63,996 nucleotides of DNA, filler included, from Octopus bimaculoides (GCF_001194135.2; 7 parts of 6 records of this genome joined end to end with filler, not necessarily neighbours in it); one strand, 5' to 3'; shown: positions 10,777 to 24,194, numbered from the whole stretch's first letter. A program made the numbers and translations. The notes: generated from the letters alone by a model not told the origin.

Positions 10777-12347
10777 GGGTAGAGGTAGGGGTCCACCAAG
10801 GTTCAGTCCTCAGCCCCCTCCTATTTATCATAGTCCTCCAGGCGATAACAGAGGAATTCAAGACAGGATGCCCCTGGGAGCTCCTCTATGCTGATGACCT
10901 TGCACTAATTGCTGAGTCACTCTCAGAACTAGAGGAGAAGTTTCAGGTGTGGAAGCAAGGACTAGAATCGAAGGGCCTAGCTAAAACCAAAGTCCTAATA
11001 AGTAGGAAGGTAGACAAAACACAAACCCCTTCAGGTAGATGGCCCTGCTCGATCTGTAGAAAAAGCGTAGGTAGAANNNNNNNNNNNNNNNNNNNNNNNN
11101 NNNNNNNNNNNNNNNNNNNNNNNNNNNNNNNNNNNNNNNNNNNNNNNNNNNNNNNNNNNNNNNNNNNNNNNNNNNNNNNNNNNNNNNNNNNNNNNNNNNN
11201 NNNNNNNNNNNNNNNNNNNNNNNNNNNNNNNNNNNNNNNNNNNNNNNNNNNNNNNNNNNNNNNNNNNNNNNNNNNNNNNNNNNNNNNNNNNNNNNNNNNN
11301 NNNNNNNNNNNNNNTCTTACCTCTGCTGGTGACAAGGGGCCTCTCACTCAGAGTAAAAGGCAGACTGTATGACGCATGTGTACGAACAGCCATGCTTCAT
11401 GGCAGTGAAACATGGGCTGTGACTGCTGAGGACATGCGTAGGCTTGCAAGGAATGAAGCCAGTATGCTCCGATGGATGTATAATGTCAGTGTGCATACTA
11501 GACAGAGTATTAGTACCTTGAGAGAAAAGTTGAACTTACGAAGCATCAGTTGTGGTGTGCAAGAGAGACGATTGCGCTGGTATGGTCATGTAGCAAGAAT
11601 GGATGAGGGGAGCTGTGTGAAAAAGTGCCACACTCTAGCAGTTGAGGGAACCTGTGGAAGAGGTAGGCCCAGGAAGACCTGGGTTGAGGTTGTGAGGCAC
11701 ATCGAACATTGGGCCTCACTGAGGCAATGACTTTTGACCGAGACCTCTGGAAATATGCTGTGCGTGAGAAGACCCGGCAAGCCAAGTGAGACCTATATCT
11801 AAGGCCTCGGCCAGCCTACTTATGCATACCTTTCCTTCATTGGACACTAAACTCCGCATGCGAAGACCTGTTGAGGCAAGTGAAATCAAAACCGAACTAA
11901 ATTCGACGACTGGCACCCATGCCAACATCGTCTCCTTCATTGGACACGAAACTCAGCTTGCGAAGACTTATTGGGGCAAGCGAAATCAGGATGGCACTTG
12001 TGCCCAGCATTGCCTTTCTGGCACTTGTGCCTGTAGCATGTGTAAGGACTTTCGAGCGAGATAGTTGCCAGTGCCGCCGAACTGGCTCCTGTGCATGTGG
12101 CACGTAAAATACACCATTTTGAGCGTGGCCGTTGCCAGTACTGCCTGACTGGCCTTCGTGCTGGTGGCATGTAAAAGCACCCACTACACCCTCAGAGTGG
12201 TTGGCGTTAGGAAGGGCATCCAGCTGTAGAAACTCTGCCAAATCAGATTGGAGCCTGGTGTAGCCATCTGGTTTCACCAGTCCTCAGTCAAATCGTCCAA
12301 CCCATGCTAGCATGGAAAGCGGACGTTAAACGATGATGATGATGATA
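10777..12347 (+). mobile_element. RTE-clade LINE 3' half (RT, C-terminus, modular 3' UTR, (GAT)n tail), gap inside
   Basis: VGVHQGSVLSPLLFIIVL...WELLYADDLALIAES; KGRLYDACVRTAMLHGSETW...RRLRWYGHVARM...RGRPRKTW. The 5' end abuts (TA)n. Confidence 0.95.
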
Positions 12348-12442
12348 TATATATACATATATATATACATATATATATACATATATATATATATATTATT
12401 TTTATTTATGCGCNNNNNNNNNNTATATATATATATATATTA

Positions 12443-12753
12443 TTTTTATTTATGCGCCCTTTTCAAGCCTAGCCAGGCTCATGGGCCCGGTTTCCGGGTT
12501 TCTATAGCATATGTGCTCCCTCCAGCTGGACGGGATGCCAGTCCATCGCAGCGTTACTCAAGAAGCAGGAAGAAAGGGTGAGAGAAAGTTGGGGCGAAAG
12601 AGTACAACAGGGTCGCCACCACCCCCTGCCAGAGCCTCGTAGAGCTTTCGGTGTTTTCGCTCAATAAACACACACAACACCTGGTCTGGGAATCAAAACA
12701 GCAATCCTCCGACCACAAGTCCGCTGCCCTAACCACTGGGCCATTGTGCCTCC
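12443..12753 (-). mobile_element. SINE family C head with an alternative 3' half
   Basis: Minus strand head ggaggcacaatggcccagtggttagggcagcgg carries an A box. The 3' part (gtaacgctgcgatggactggcatcccgtccagctgg...) differs from the copy at 50451. Confidence 0.85.
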
Positions 12754-12816
12754 ATATATATGTACGTGCCTCCATATATATACGTGCCTCCATATATATA
12801 TATATATACACACACA

Positions 12817-13037
12817 CAAGGTGGGAGTAATGAAAAGTTCCTGGCTTTGGGTAAAAGAAAATACAGGAGGATCAATTAATTATAATTTTATACAACATAT
12901 TCCCTTCTCAAACACACACATTTATTTCAGTGGTCCTTCAGTTTTTCTAAGCCCTGTAAAAGAACTCAGAAGGTTGGGCCTTCAATCAGACCTTTTACAA
13001 TACCCTTAAAGCTACAAACTTTTCAACAACCCCTCTA
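12817..13037. mobile_element. Mariner-type MITE, second copy
   Basis: tgaaaagttcctggctttgggtaaaa...ccttcagtttttctaagccctgtaaaagaact is shared with 10537-10749. Confidence 0.75.
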
Positions 13038-13089
13038 TACTGCCTTTATTTCAACTAGTTTTGAAAATAATGAAGAATTCATAAAATTA

Positions 13090-13330
13090 CTTTGTGGTGT
13101 ACACCATTTACTTTAGTTGAACTGGTGTACTCATCTTGATTGTTGATTTCACTACATTTCAGCTGCTGAATGCTCCAGCCTTCTTCAGACATCTTGTGTC
13201 AAACTCAGTTATATCAAATTTTGAACCTAACTCTTTATTTGATCCACAGGTTCTCATTCTGCTTTAGACATGTGTGACACTGGCCTACTATTGTGTGGAC
13301 ATACCCTAATGTTACATGAACGAGTTTCCA
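13090..13330 (-). mobile_element. Penelope-like terminal repeat with hammerhead-type core
   Basis: Minus strand reads CUGAAGA-A-GGCUG-gagcauucag-CAGCU-GAAA-UGUA (13188 to 13153), followed by caacaatcaagatgag as in the 49.7 and 50.1 kb copies. Confidence 0.6.
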
Positions 13331-13740
13331 TAACCTAATTTTAAAAAACAGGCCCCCATGCCTCAAAGGAAAGCTCAGGTGAGCAGATGATTCAACGAGT
13401 AAATTATGAATATACCAGCTGAAGGTAACAGGTAAATGCTGCTATATTTTCTTCAAGAAAAATCGTGAATTTTCAGAGTTTGAAATGAAGGTCCATGATT
13501 ACTGATGCCTCTGCTTATGGCACATGAAGGCAGAGATTCAAAAGTACACCAGTAGATGTATATTTCATCTCCAGTGTGTTAACAGGCAATAAGAAATGAT
13601 TTGAGGGAGATTTGGCTACTATTTTAAGCAGGTCAAGAAATCACATTGAGGCTCCTATCTTGAATCGTACCCCATCTAGTTAACTAAATGCATACTCTAT
13701 ATAACAATAACTTTGTTGTTGTTGTTATTGTTGTTGTTGG

Positions 13741-13778
<38 letters not shown>

Positions 13779-14217
13779 CTTCTGTTGCTATTTTTGTTAT
13801 TATTGTTGCAGCTGCTGCTGTTGTCGCTGCTGCTGTTGTTGCTGCTGCTGTTGTGGTTGTTTAGTCCTTAGTAAAAGCTGATCAAGTAGACATTCTATCA
13901 AAGGCATACCAGCCATGTGTATCTCGGAGTACCATATCTAATATAACCTTACCTTTTTTAAAAGGGTAGGATACAATCTGAGGGATATTTAACTCCTATT
14001 TCTAGCAGGTCAAGCAACTATGTGAAAGCTCCCTCGTTGGTTCGTTAACATTTTAACCACTAAGCCAGTGAATCATAAGTAAATCCCTTGACACAGCTGA
14101 AATTCTTATTAAGGCCATAGGAATGCACAGAACAATGCACTTAATTGGCTGCACCAACTGCACTTCTCTGTCTGCACAGTTCATAACTGCATGTACTGGA
14201 AGGCATCAGGGTGATCA

Positions 14218-14331
14218 GCAGTGGTGGTGGTGGTAGAACATGCTGGTATTGGTGCTGTTGATTGTAGTGATGGTGGTGGTTGTGGTGATGGTGGTGGCGG
14301 TGGTGGTGGTGGTGGTGGTGGTGGTGGTGGT
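14218..14331. repeat. (GGT)n-rich low-complexity tract
   Basis: Directly visible. Confidence 0.9.
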
Positions 14332-14439
14332 GTAGAGTTAATCCTACAATTTAACAGTAAATAATATATATACATATATGCATATATACACACATACATG
14401 TACCTGCCTACATATATATGCATATATACATGCCTATAT

Positions 14440-15073
14440 AGGTACAGGATGTCAAAAAAACGTGAGCAAAATGAAAAATGAGAACATAAAAAACAAAAAG
14501 CATGGAAAACGAACTTTTCCCGAACAACAAAAAAAAAACAAATAGAGAAAAGAGACATGCAACATAAAGAACATTCCCTTCATCAGTTGTCCCCTATTTT
14601 ATCTACTCCACATTTCGAAGGTAGGGACAAGACACGACTTTGTTAAAACAGTCCTTCCAGCAAAGCAAATTAAATAAAATTTGGGATTTTTTGCGGAGGG
14701 TTAAAGTGGTAACAAAAACAGGACAGTAAGAACAAAACAGTAAAAACAAACGGTAAGGGCTATTAAGCCATAATGAAGTGAAGTGGTGAATATTGGAAAA
14801 ACGAGCTTTAAGAAGAGACAGGCAAAAGCGCATTTTGTATTTAGGAAGGAAGTGGAAGAAAGAAAGAAAGATATCCGTTGGTCACGTGTGAGCAACGAAA
14901 TAGTGAAGGGGGAAGAGTGAGAGAGAGAGTGAACGGTGAAGAGGAGAGGAGAAGAATTGGAGAAACGGTGGGACAGAAAAACAGAAAGGAAAAAGAACAA
15001 GAGAGGGAGATGGAATAGAGATAGATTGTACAGTGCGCATTGGAATTATTAAGATAAAACTTCATATATATAT
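14440..15073 (-). mobile_element. Penelope-like terminal repeat/3' region, CpG-retaining copy
   Basis: Homologous to 4540-5150 and 26690-27000 (ggagtagat...caactgatgaaggg motif). Confidence 0.55.
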
Positions 15074-15636
15074 NNNNNNNNNNNNNNNNNNNNNNNNNNN
15101 NNNNNNNNNNNNNNNNNNNNNNNNNNNNNNNNNNNNNNNNNNNNNNNNNNNNNNNNNNNNNNNNNNNNNNNNNNNNNNNNNNNNNNNNNNNNNNNNNNNN
15201 NNNNNNNNNNNNNNNNNNNNNNNNNNNNNNNNNNNNNNNNNNNNNNNNNNNNNNNNNNNNNNNNNNNNNNNNNNNNNNNNNNNNNNNNNNNNNNNNNNNN
15301 NNNNNNNNNNNNNNNNNNNNNNNNNNNNNNNNNNNNNNNNNNNNNNNNNNNNNNNNNNNNNNNNNNNNNNNNNNNNNNNNNNNNNNNNNNNNNNNNNNNN
15401 NNNNNNNNNNNNNNNNNNNNNNNNNNNNNNNNNNNNNNNNNNNNNNNNNNNNNNNNNNNNNNNNNNNNNNNNNNNNNNNNNNNNNNNNNNNNNNNNNNNN
15501 NNNNNNNNNNNNNNNNNNNNNNNNNNNNNNNNNNNNNNNNNNNNNNNNNNNNNNNNNNNNNNNNNNNNNNNNNNNNNNNNNNNNNNNNNNNNNNNNNNNN
15601 NNNNNNNNNNNNNNNNNNNNNNNNNNNNNNNNNNNC

Positions 15637-15841
15637 CTGACTGGCTTTAGTGCGGGTGACACGTAAAAGCACCCACTACACTCTCTGAGTGGTTGGCATT
15701 AGGAAGGGCATCCAGCTGTAGAAACTCTGCCAAATCAGATTGGAGCCTGGTGTAGCCATCTGGTTTCACCAGTCCTCAGTCAAATCGTCCAACCCATGCT
15801 AGCATGGAAAGCGGACGTTAAACAATGATGATGATGATGAT
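15637..15841 (+). mobile_element. RTE LINE 3' tail
   Basis: Near-identical to 12175-12345. Confidence 0.9.
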
Positions 15842-16054
15842 ATTACGGGGATGTACTTGCATAGCAAGTGACTTGATCTGAGATCATGTGCTGAAACAAA
15901 ACCAATTGCAGCATGGAAGGTATTTATAAGCCATTTAAAAAAAAACACAAAAACCGTTAGATTCACTTCAATATTTAAATTTAATTTGTGTCAAAATAAT
16001 TTCGTAGCTTATAAACAGCTTCCATGCTGCAGTTATTTATATATACATATATAT

Positions 16055-17747
<1,693 letters not shown>

Positions 17748-18003
17748 TAAGGTTAGTTAGAGGTTGGAATAACCATCTAAGGGATAAAAGTATCCATTAT
17801 GCTACCGGTATAATTACCTATGTAAACCTTGGACATACATATACAAGCATATAATGCTCATAGGTTACAGGTAATGACAAAGATAAGCATGAGTTTATCA
17901 GGAACCAAATTTAAAGTAAAGAGAAAATGGAGAAATATTGACCAACAACAACAATTGACTTACATCAATTATGATTTTTTAATTCAATACAAAGAAAAAT
18001 ATA

Positions 18004-18237
18004 TCCCATCTAACAGCTGTTTCTGCTTCCAATTTTATATGGTATTGCCACTGAAAATTCTAACAATAATATTCATTATATTTGGCAATGCATCTTATCT
18101 GGAACATGGAGCTTCATACTCTGTTGATGCTCCAAGTTTCAGATAGGATGTATTACCAAATATGATGAATATTATTTTTAGAATTTTCAATGGTGATACC
18201 ATATAAAATTGGAAGCAGAAACAGCTGTTAGATGAGA
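18004..18237. mobile_element. 234-bp foldback element, TA-flanked
   Basis: Arms 18007-18116 and 18125-18234 pair with 11 mismatches in 110 bp around an 8-nt loop. TA occurs at 18002-18003 and 18238-18239. Confidence 0.85.
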
Positions 18238-18337
18238 TACAGTTTATTTCTATGGAATTAAAAAATAATAATCGATGTAAGTCAATTGTTGTTGTTGATC
18301 AATATTTCTCTATTTTCTGTTTACTTTATATATATAC

Positions 18338-18388
<51 letters not shown>

Positions 18389-19471
18389 NNNNNNNNNNNN
18401 NNNNNNNNNNNNNNNNNNNNNNNNNNNNNNNNTTAATTAATTAANNNNNNNNNNNNNNNNNNNNNNNNNNNNNNNNNNNNNNNNNNNNGCGCACATGGTC
18501 CTTTTTCCTTGAGCACTATATATATATATGTCCTTTCCTTGAGCACTATATATATATATGTCCTTTCCTTGAGCACTATATATATATATATGTGTGTGTG
18601 TGTGTAGGTGTATAGATACATATATATATGCATATACAACTATCATATGCATACATAAAGATATATACATACATATGGATACATACACACACATACACAC
18701 ACATATATATGTGTGTACACACACATATGTATAGACAAAATTTGCTGCTGCATATCAGCCTAAAGTGTTATATTTCCAAAAATAATATTTTAAACCAAGA
18801 CTAAATCACGCATGCATGTGCATATGTGCACGCGCACACACACACATTGTGTAATAAAAACGATTTTACATGTGTATCAATATAATTCTTCACAACCACT
18901 TCACAATCTCAATATATGTTATTGATTCTTTAAAAAGCATATCATGAAAATTCATCATACTTTAAGATTTATCGATAAATACTAAATTTTCCTCCCTAAA
19001 ATATGTCAAAAGTATCTATCACTTCATTTTGGCAAATTTTCAAGGTCTTTTATGTTTGTAAAAATATTAAAAATAATAAAAAAAAATTTAAGAGATCACA
19101 CAGAACATAGGAAAATAATGTGGTAAAGATTTTATAGAATATTAACCTTGTTTATTTTGGTTTTATGTATGTTGTATTTCATTGATGTATTCTTTCATTG
19201 TATTCAGACTCTATATTTCTACATCATAAATATTATATACGTAATGGTTGATTTTATGAAATTTTTGTTGCACTTCATAGGATATCTAAGTATTTATCCA
19301 TGATGTATAACGATTTATCTAGCGAAACCACTACATCACGCATGATTTACAAGTAAATGATTGTCCCGCTGCTAACAAAGAAAGAAAAAAAAAGGAAAGA
19401 AACAAAAAGAAGGGTAGAGGATTTCTGAAACATCTAATATCTCTGTTTAGACTACTGCTGTTTTATATATA

Positions 19472-19868
19472 TCTTTTACTTATTTCAGTCATTAGACTGG
19501 GGCCATGCTGGGGCACTGCCTTGGATTTTTAGTCAAATGAATCGATCCCAGTACTTATTGATTAAACCTGGTACTTATTTTAGTGGTCTCTTTTGCCAAA
19601 CTGCTAAGTTACAGGGAGGTAAACAGACCAACACCAGTTTTCAGGCAACGATTGGAGAACAAATACAGGCACAAAGACACACACGCACTCATATATATAC
19701 ATATGTATAAATATGACAGGCTTCTTTCAGTTTCTGTCTGCCCAATCCACATACAAGGCTTTGGTTGGCCTGAGGTCATAGTAGGAGACTTGCCCAAAGA
19801 GCCACGCTGTAGGACAGAACCTGGAAATGTGGTTGGAAAGCAAGCTTCTTATCACATAGCCACTCCTA
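19472..19868 (-). mobile_element. SINE family B, full length
   Basis: Reverse-complement homolog of 28174-28560. Confidence 0.85.
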
Positions 19869-19898
19869 CACACACACATATATATGTGTGTGTGTGTG

Positions 19899-21465
19899 TG
19901 GGGGGGGGAGCTGGAAGAATATGGTCATGACGTCAATGGTCAAGAGACTGACTGGAAGAGAAGTGTGAGAAGGGAAGTGTGGGAGAGACAGGACAGGGTC
20001 AGCCTCTTTTCACCGGCTGAGGCATCATGAACGGACGTCAGGAAATTCACTCCCGAGTTGGTCAGATAGCAGCTGCTTATACTGAGTGACAGGGTAAGGC
20101 AGGCTCGCTGGAGTGACTACTTCTAGACAAGCGCAGACGAGAGAGGAAGGTATATCTTTTATATAGTTTCAGCTTAGAGCTGTGGCCATGCTGATGCACC
20201 GCTGTGGGTGAACCTCTTTTCATTTCCCATGCACAACAAGCTATTTCGGAAATTTTATACAGACGTCGTTGTCCCCTTGATATATGATGGCAACGAAGAT
20301 AAGGATTGGCAGTAATGTCATCAGACCCTTCTATAGCGAAGGTGACCAGTTGTGGCCAGGCTACAAGGCATCGAAGATGTAGCAAGCCTCATGGCCCTGT
20401 ATTTGGAGAGGAGTTTGCTGGCACTGTACCTCAAAATGGATGAACAACAACTGAGCGTGACAAAGATCGAGCAGTGGTTGAAAGAGGCTTACACAGATGG
20501 AGAGTATGCCACTTTTGCTAAGCTGGGAACGATCAGATGGAGAGGGGAACAGGTCGATGGACACACTGTGGAAGTATGGAGGCTGGTTGTGTTGTCTGGT
20601 TTTACCAGTGAGGGACTCGAGAAAGTAGCACGACTGGCCTTTGTGAATGGCTTTCCCGATGACGTGTCAGTGTGACTACAACAGTTGCCAGGCGGTAACA
20701 AAATGGCAATGAGTGAGTTCATCATTCAAGCCCGTTTGTTGACACAAAACACTGGGCAGAAGGCAGTGGTGATGGCGGCTGCAGATGGCCGGTGAAAGAC
20801 CAAAAGAAGCCTGCGGTGGAACAACAGTGGCCGTTCACAGGCCAGTGTTTTAAGTGCCAAGGACTGCACATGGCAAGGGACTGCACATGGCAAGGGACTG
20901 CACATGGCAAGGGACTGCACATGGCAAGGGACTGCACATGGCAAGGGACTGCATGGAGTCCGGACCGGTTTGCTGTCGGTGCAAACAGGGTATATCGCCT
21001 GAAATTGTAGCCAGGGAAAAGGCCATAGGGAAGTTGTTGCCTTTCAAACTTCCCCTACGAACAGTCCATAGTTGAGGTTGTGGTCAGGGGAAACATGTTC
21101 AAGCCCTCGTGGACATAGGCTGCACGATGACTCTCGTGACCCCGAGGGTGACAAAGAAATGGAAGGGGACGAGTAGTGTTCAGGCGGTTGACAGAAGTAA
21201 AATTGAATGCAAGGGTAGCAACGACATGGATATAACGGTGCGAGGCACAATGCTATGGCTGCAGGCGATTGTAATAGACCATGTGGTAGAGGAGATTGAC
21301 ATGGTAATGGGGATGGATGCGATTGATCACTCTGGAGGTATCAGTATTGGAGGAGATGTGGTTTCGTTTGGTGCTGTGAGTCAGGAATGCGAGTGGGAGC
21401 AGGGCTCCGCAAGGAGCTGCACTGCCTATGCCATTGAAGACAAGGATTTTCGGCCATCAAAAAGA
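19899..21465 (+). mobile_element. Gypsy-type LTR retrotransposon 5' fragment: LTR, PBS, gag with two zinc knuckles, aspartic protease; truncated before RT
   Basis: PBS-like tggcaacgaagat (20288-20300) matches the tRNA-Ser(GCT) complement TGGCGACGAGGAT at 11/13 (recalled sequence). Gag reads ...LAFVNGFPDDVSV, with knuckles CFKCQGLHMARDC and CCRCKQG(H)IA*NC. Protease reads ALVDIGC...DMVMGMDAI. Stops and frameshifts are present. Confidence 0.88.
20861..20953 (+). repeat. 17-nt tandem repeat (ggactgcacatggcaag x5 plus 8 nt) in the gag zinc knuckle
   Basis: Units start at 20861, 20878, 20895, 20912 and 20929, with a partial unit at 20946. Confidence 0.97.
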
Positions 21466-21519
21466 GGCTGACCCCTGCACTTCTCTTCTCATGCTTCCTC
21501 TCCCAGTCAGTCCCTTGAC

Positions 21520-21975
21520 TATTATCAGAAGATGTGCAGATTAGTTATGGTTCAGTTCAGTCCATTATCACTGAAGATTTGGGTATGAGACGTATGTCTG
21601 CCAAGTTTGTGTCAAAACTGCTTTCAGCTGACCAAAAAGACACTTGAGTTCCAGTTGCACAAGATCTCCTTGATTGTGTCGAGAGCAATGAAAACTTTTT
21701 GGAAACTTCGTGTAGACCTCTGGGCAGGCATCACCAAACTTTTGGCAAAATTTGATGTAGACTCTCTGCTCAACTTTCTCTGTCATAGTCAATCCAATGA
21801 TCACGCCTTCTTTCCAAGCACTGCTCTAAACAGTAGAAGTGAGCTAGAATGTTAAAACTTAGTGTGCATGCAGGGCAGAGTTCAAGCTCAATATGTGCCA
21901 AACAGCTTCACTCTGTGTATTTTAGCTTCGTTACTATGGCAACAATCCGGATACTTATTGATCAGACTATGTGTA
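21520..21975. mobile_element. Rearranged mariner derivative, right part
   Basis: The plus part encodes EDVQISYGSVQSIITEDLGMRRMSAKFVSKLL. After ~21705 the minus strand encodes the N-terminus MTEKVEQRVYIKFCQKFGD. A TIR-like end ccggatacttattgatcagactatgtgta follows. Confidence 0.85.
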
Positions 21976-21984
21976 TATATGTGT

Positions 21985-22190
21985 GTGTGTGTGTCTTTGT
22001 TCCCCACCACTGGTTGACAACCAGAGTTGGTGTGTTTATGTCCCCATAACTTTATGGTTCAGCAAAAGAGAGTGATGAAATAAATACTAGGCTTTACAAG
22101 AACAATAAGTGCTGGGGTTGATTCACTGGAGTGAATTTCTTCAAAGTGATGCCCCAGCATGGCTGCAGTCTAATGACTGAAACAAGCAGT
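21985..22190 (+). mobile_element. SINE family B, 3' half
   Basis: ttgacaaccagagttggtgtgtttatgtcccc...gccccagcatggctgcagtc. Confidence 0.75.
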
Positions 22191-22744
22191 GTCATTTCCA
22201 ATACACTACAAGAATATGTCTGATCATGGAGAAATATTACCTTGTTTGGAAACTGGTGAGGGTTGGTGACAGGAAAGGCATCCAACCATAGAAAATCTGC
22301 TTCAAGAAGCATAGAAATGCAGATGTTAAAATGATATTATATATATACACATTTACACATACGTGTAGGTGTATGTGTGTGTGAGACAGTCAGCTGCTGA
22401 AGTCCATTAATCTCTAAAATACACAAACTGATCTTCAAAATTGAAAGTGTAATGAACCTAATGATTTACTTGCCAATTATTATTATAATTCTTCCCGAGG
22501 AAGTACAAGAGAATTGGAAAAATCATTAGAGTTTTTGGGAAAAATTGCTTCATGGCATCTAGTTTAGTCTTTTTATAATCTGAGTTCAAATTCCACCCAG
22601 GTCAAGCTTATCTTTCATCTTTCCAGATCTGACAAAATGATTTGCTATTGAAGGAACAATGGGGGCAATCTTAACTATTTGTTCCTGCCATCTCCTACCC
22701 TCTTTAATCCTTCAACATTCAGATTTCTCTGTTTTCAGTTAATC

Positions 22745-22903
22745 ATATATTATCTCATAACCTTGAGGTTTTGATGATGTTAGTTTAATTTTAGAATGAC
22801 ATCAGAGGGTAGGTGTGAGAAGCCAGATCTGGCCAGTTTACACATATTACAGGGAGAATATTTGGGCTAGATATGGGGTCCCATTTAAATGCTAAAGAGT
22901 TTA
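22745..22903 (-). mobile_element. Partial non-autonomous element of a TTAA/piggyBac-like family
   Basis: Has one degenerate end (aatgctaaagagtt) and internal ggccagatctggc motifs. The family assignment is from recollection. Confidence 0.4.
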
Positions 22904-23035
22904 TTTAGGGTATTGTGTTTTTTTTTTGTTAGAAACTAGTTATACCTGAATGCCACTGCATCTACAAACAGCAACAATGGACGTTCTGTTGCTTGATTAA
23001 GGATATGAAAGTGAAGAGTGAAATCCAATAGGGGC

Positions 23036-23185
<150 letters not shown>

Positions 23186-24150
23186 ACTGAGATGTCAGTG
23201 AAAAAGGGAAAAAAACAACCCCTTCTATCATAGGTTTGCTGAATCAGGTCTGACTCATGATTGAACAACACTAGTATTATAACTGGTAATATGGCCATCC
23301 CCACAAAAGAAAGGCACATTAGGCAATAATTTTATTCTTTTACTTACTGAACCGCAGTCAGGTTAAAGCATCAGATTAAATAGTTTTATTCCACTATATT
23401 GACCTTAGAACTTATTCTTAAGAGAGATTCTTACAGAGATTCTTAAGAGAGATTCTACAGGTTCTTTCATTCTCATCCACATTTAAGAATCTATGAATGG
23501 GAAAATAAAGTAACCTGCCACTTTTTGATACTCACACACACATATATTGGTGGGTATGCTTTGATGCTTTACATTTTACCAGAATCTTTTGATTTGAGTT
23601 CAGTAAAAGACTCCACTCTTATATCCTTGTTACATTAACCAGGTGTTAACAAAGCAAGGACAGGCTAGATTGTAATGGCATGGTGTCATATAATATGTAA
23701 TGAAGACAAAATCTCAATGTTCATATTTTAAATGCATTTAATATACATGAAATGTAATAGCTGACAAAGATATTATGCTAAAAATTTCTTGCATAATTCA
23801 AACATGTGTTAAATGCATTCAAAATATCAACATTTGGTTTTGTCTTTATTACACACAAAATGTATAAGATTGGATGGTCATGGTTAGAATATTTTTGATT
23901 GTATGTTCACTGGAGCAGGGATGACTGGGGAAAAAGATCAATAACAACAACAACAACAACAGAAAGATGTCTAATTCTTTGCAAAAGAAAGAAAAGCAAA
24001 ACAGGATATGAAGTAAAAACCACAATAAAAGCATTTAACTTTTATTTTTCCTGTGATGATTCTAAATGTAAACAGACTTTGTAAAACAGTAAAGAGAGAA
24101 AAGGTTTGCAGCTCAAAGCATCTGCCAGTGACTACTGAAACAGCATTGTC

Positions 24151-24194
<44 letters not shown>

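Noticed and set aside
18433-18444. TTAATTAATTAA embedded in N runs (also 44244, 53063, 55765, 57391, 62816)
   Set aside because: It is an identical 12-mer centred in 100-bp gaps. This is an artificial scaffolding linker, not biology.
20861-20953. Regular short repeats as a possible CRISPR-like array
   Set aside because: The units are contiguous with no unique spacers, and the context is a eukaryotic retrotransposon.
23410-23460. Short agagattctta(a/c) tandem repeat (and a tgttctctatacctttc duplicate at ~49500)
   Set aside because: These are ordinary local slippage duplications with no further structure.
23640-23675. VNK/QGQARL peptide resembling the AP-4 sigma N-terminus
   Set aside because: It requires a frameshift, is followed by a stop, and has no flanking similarity.
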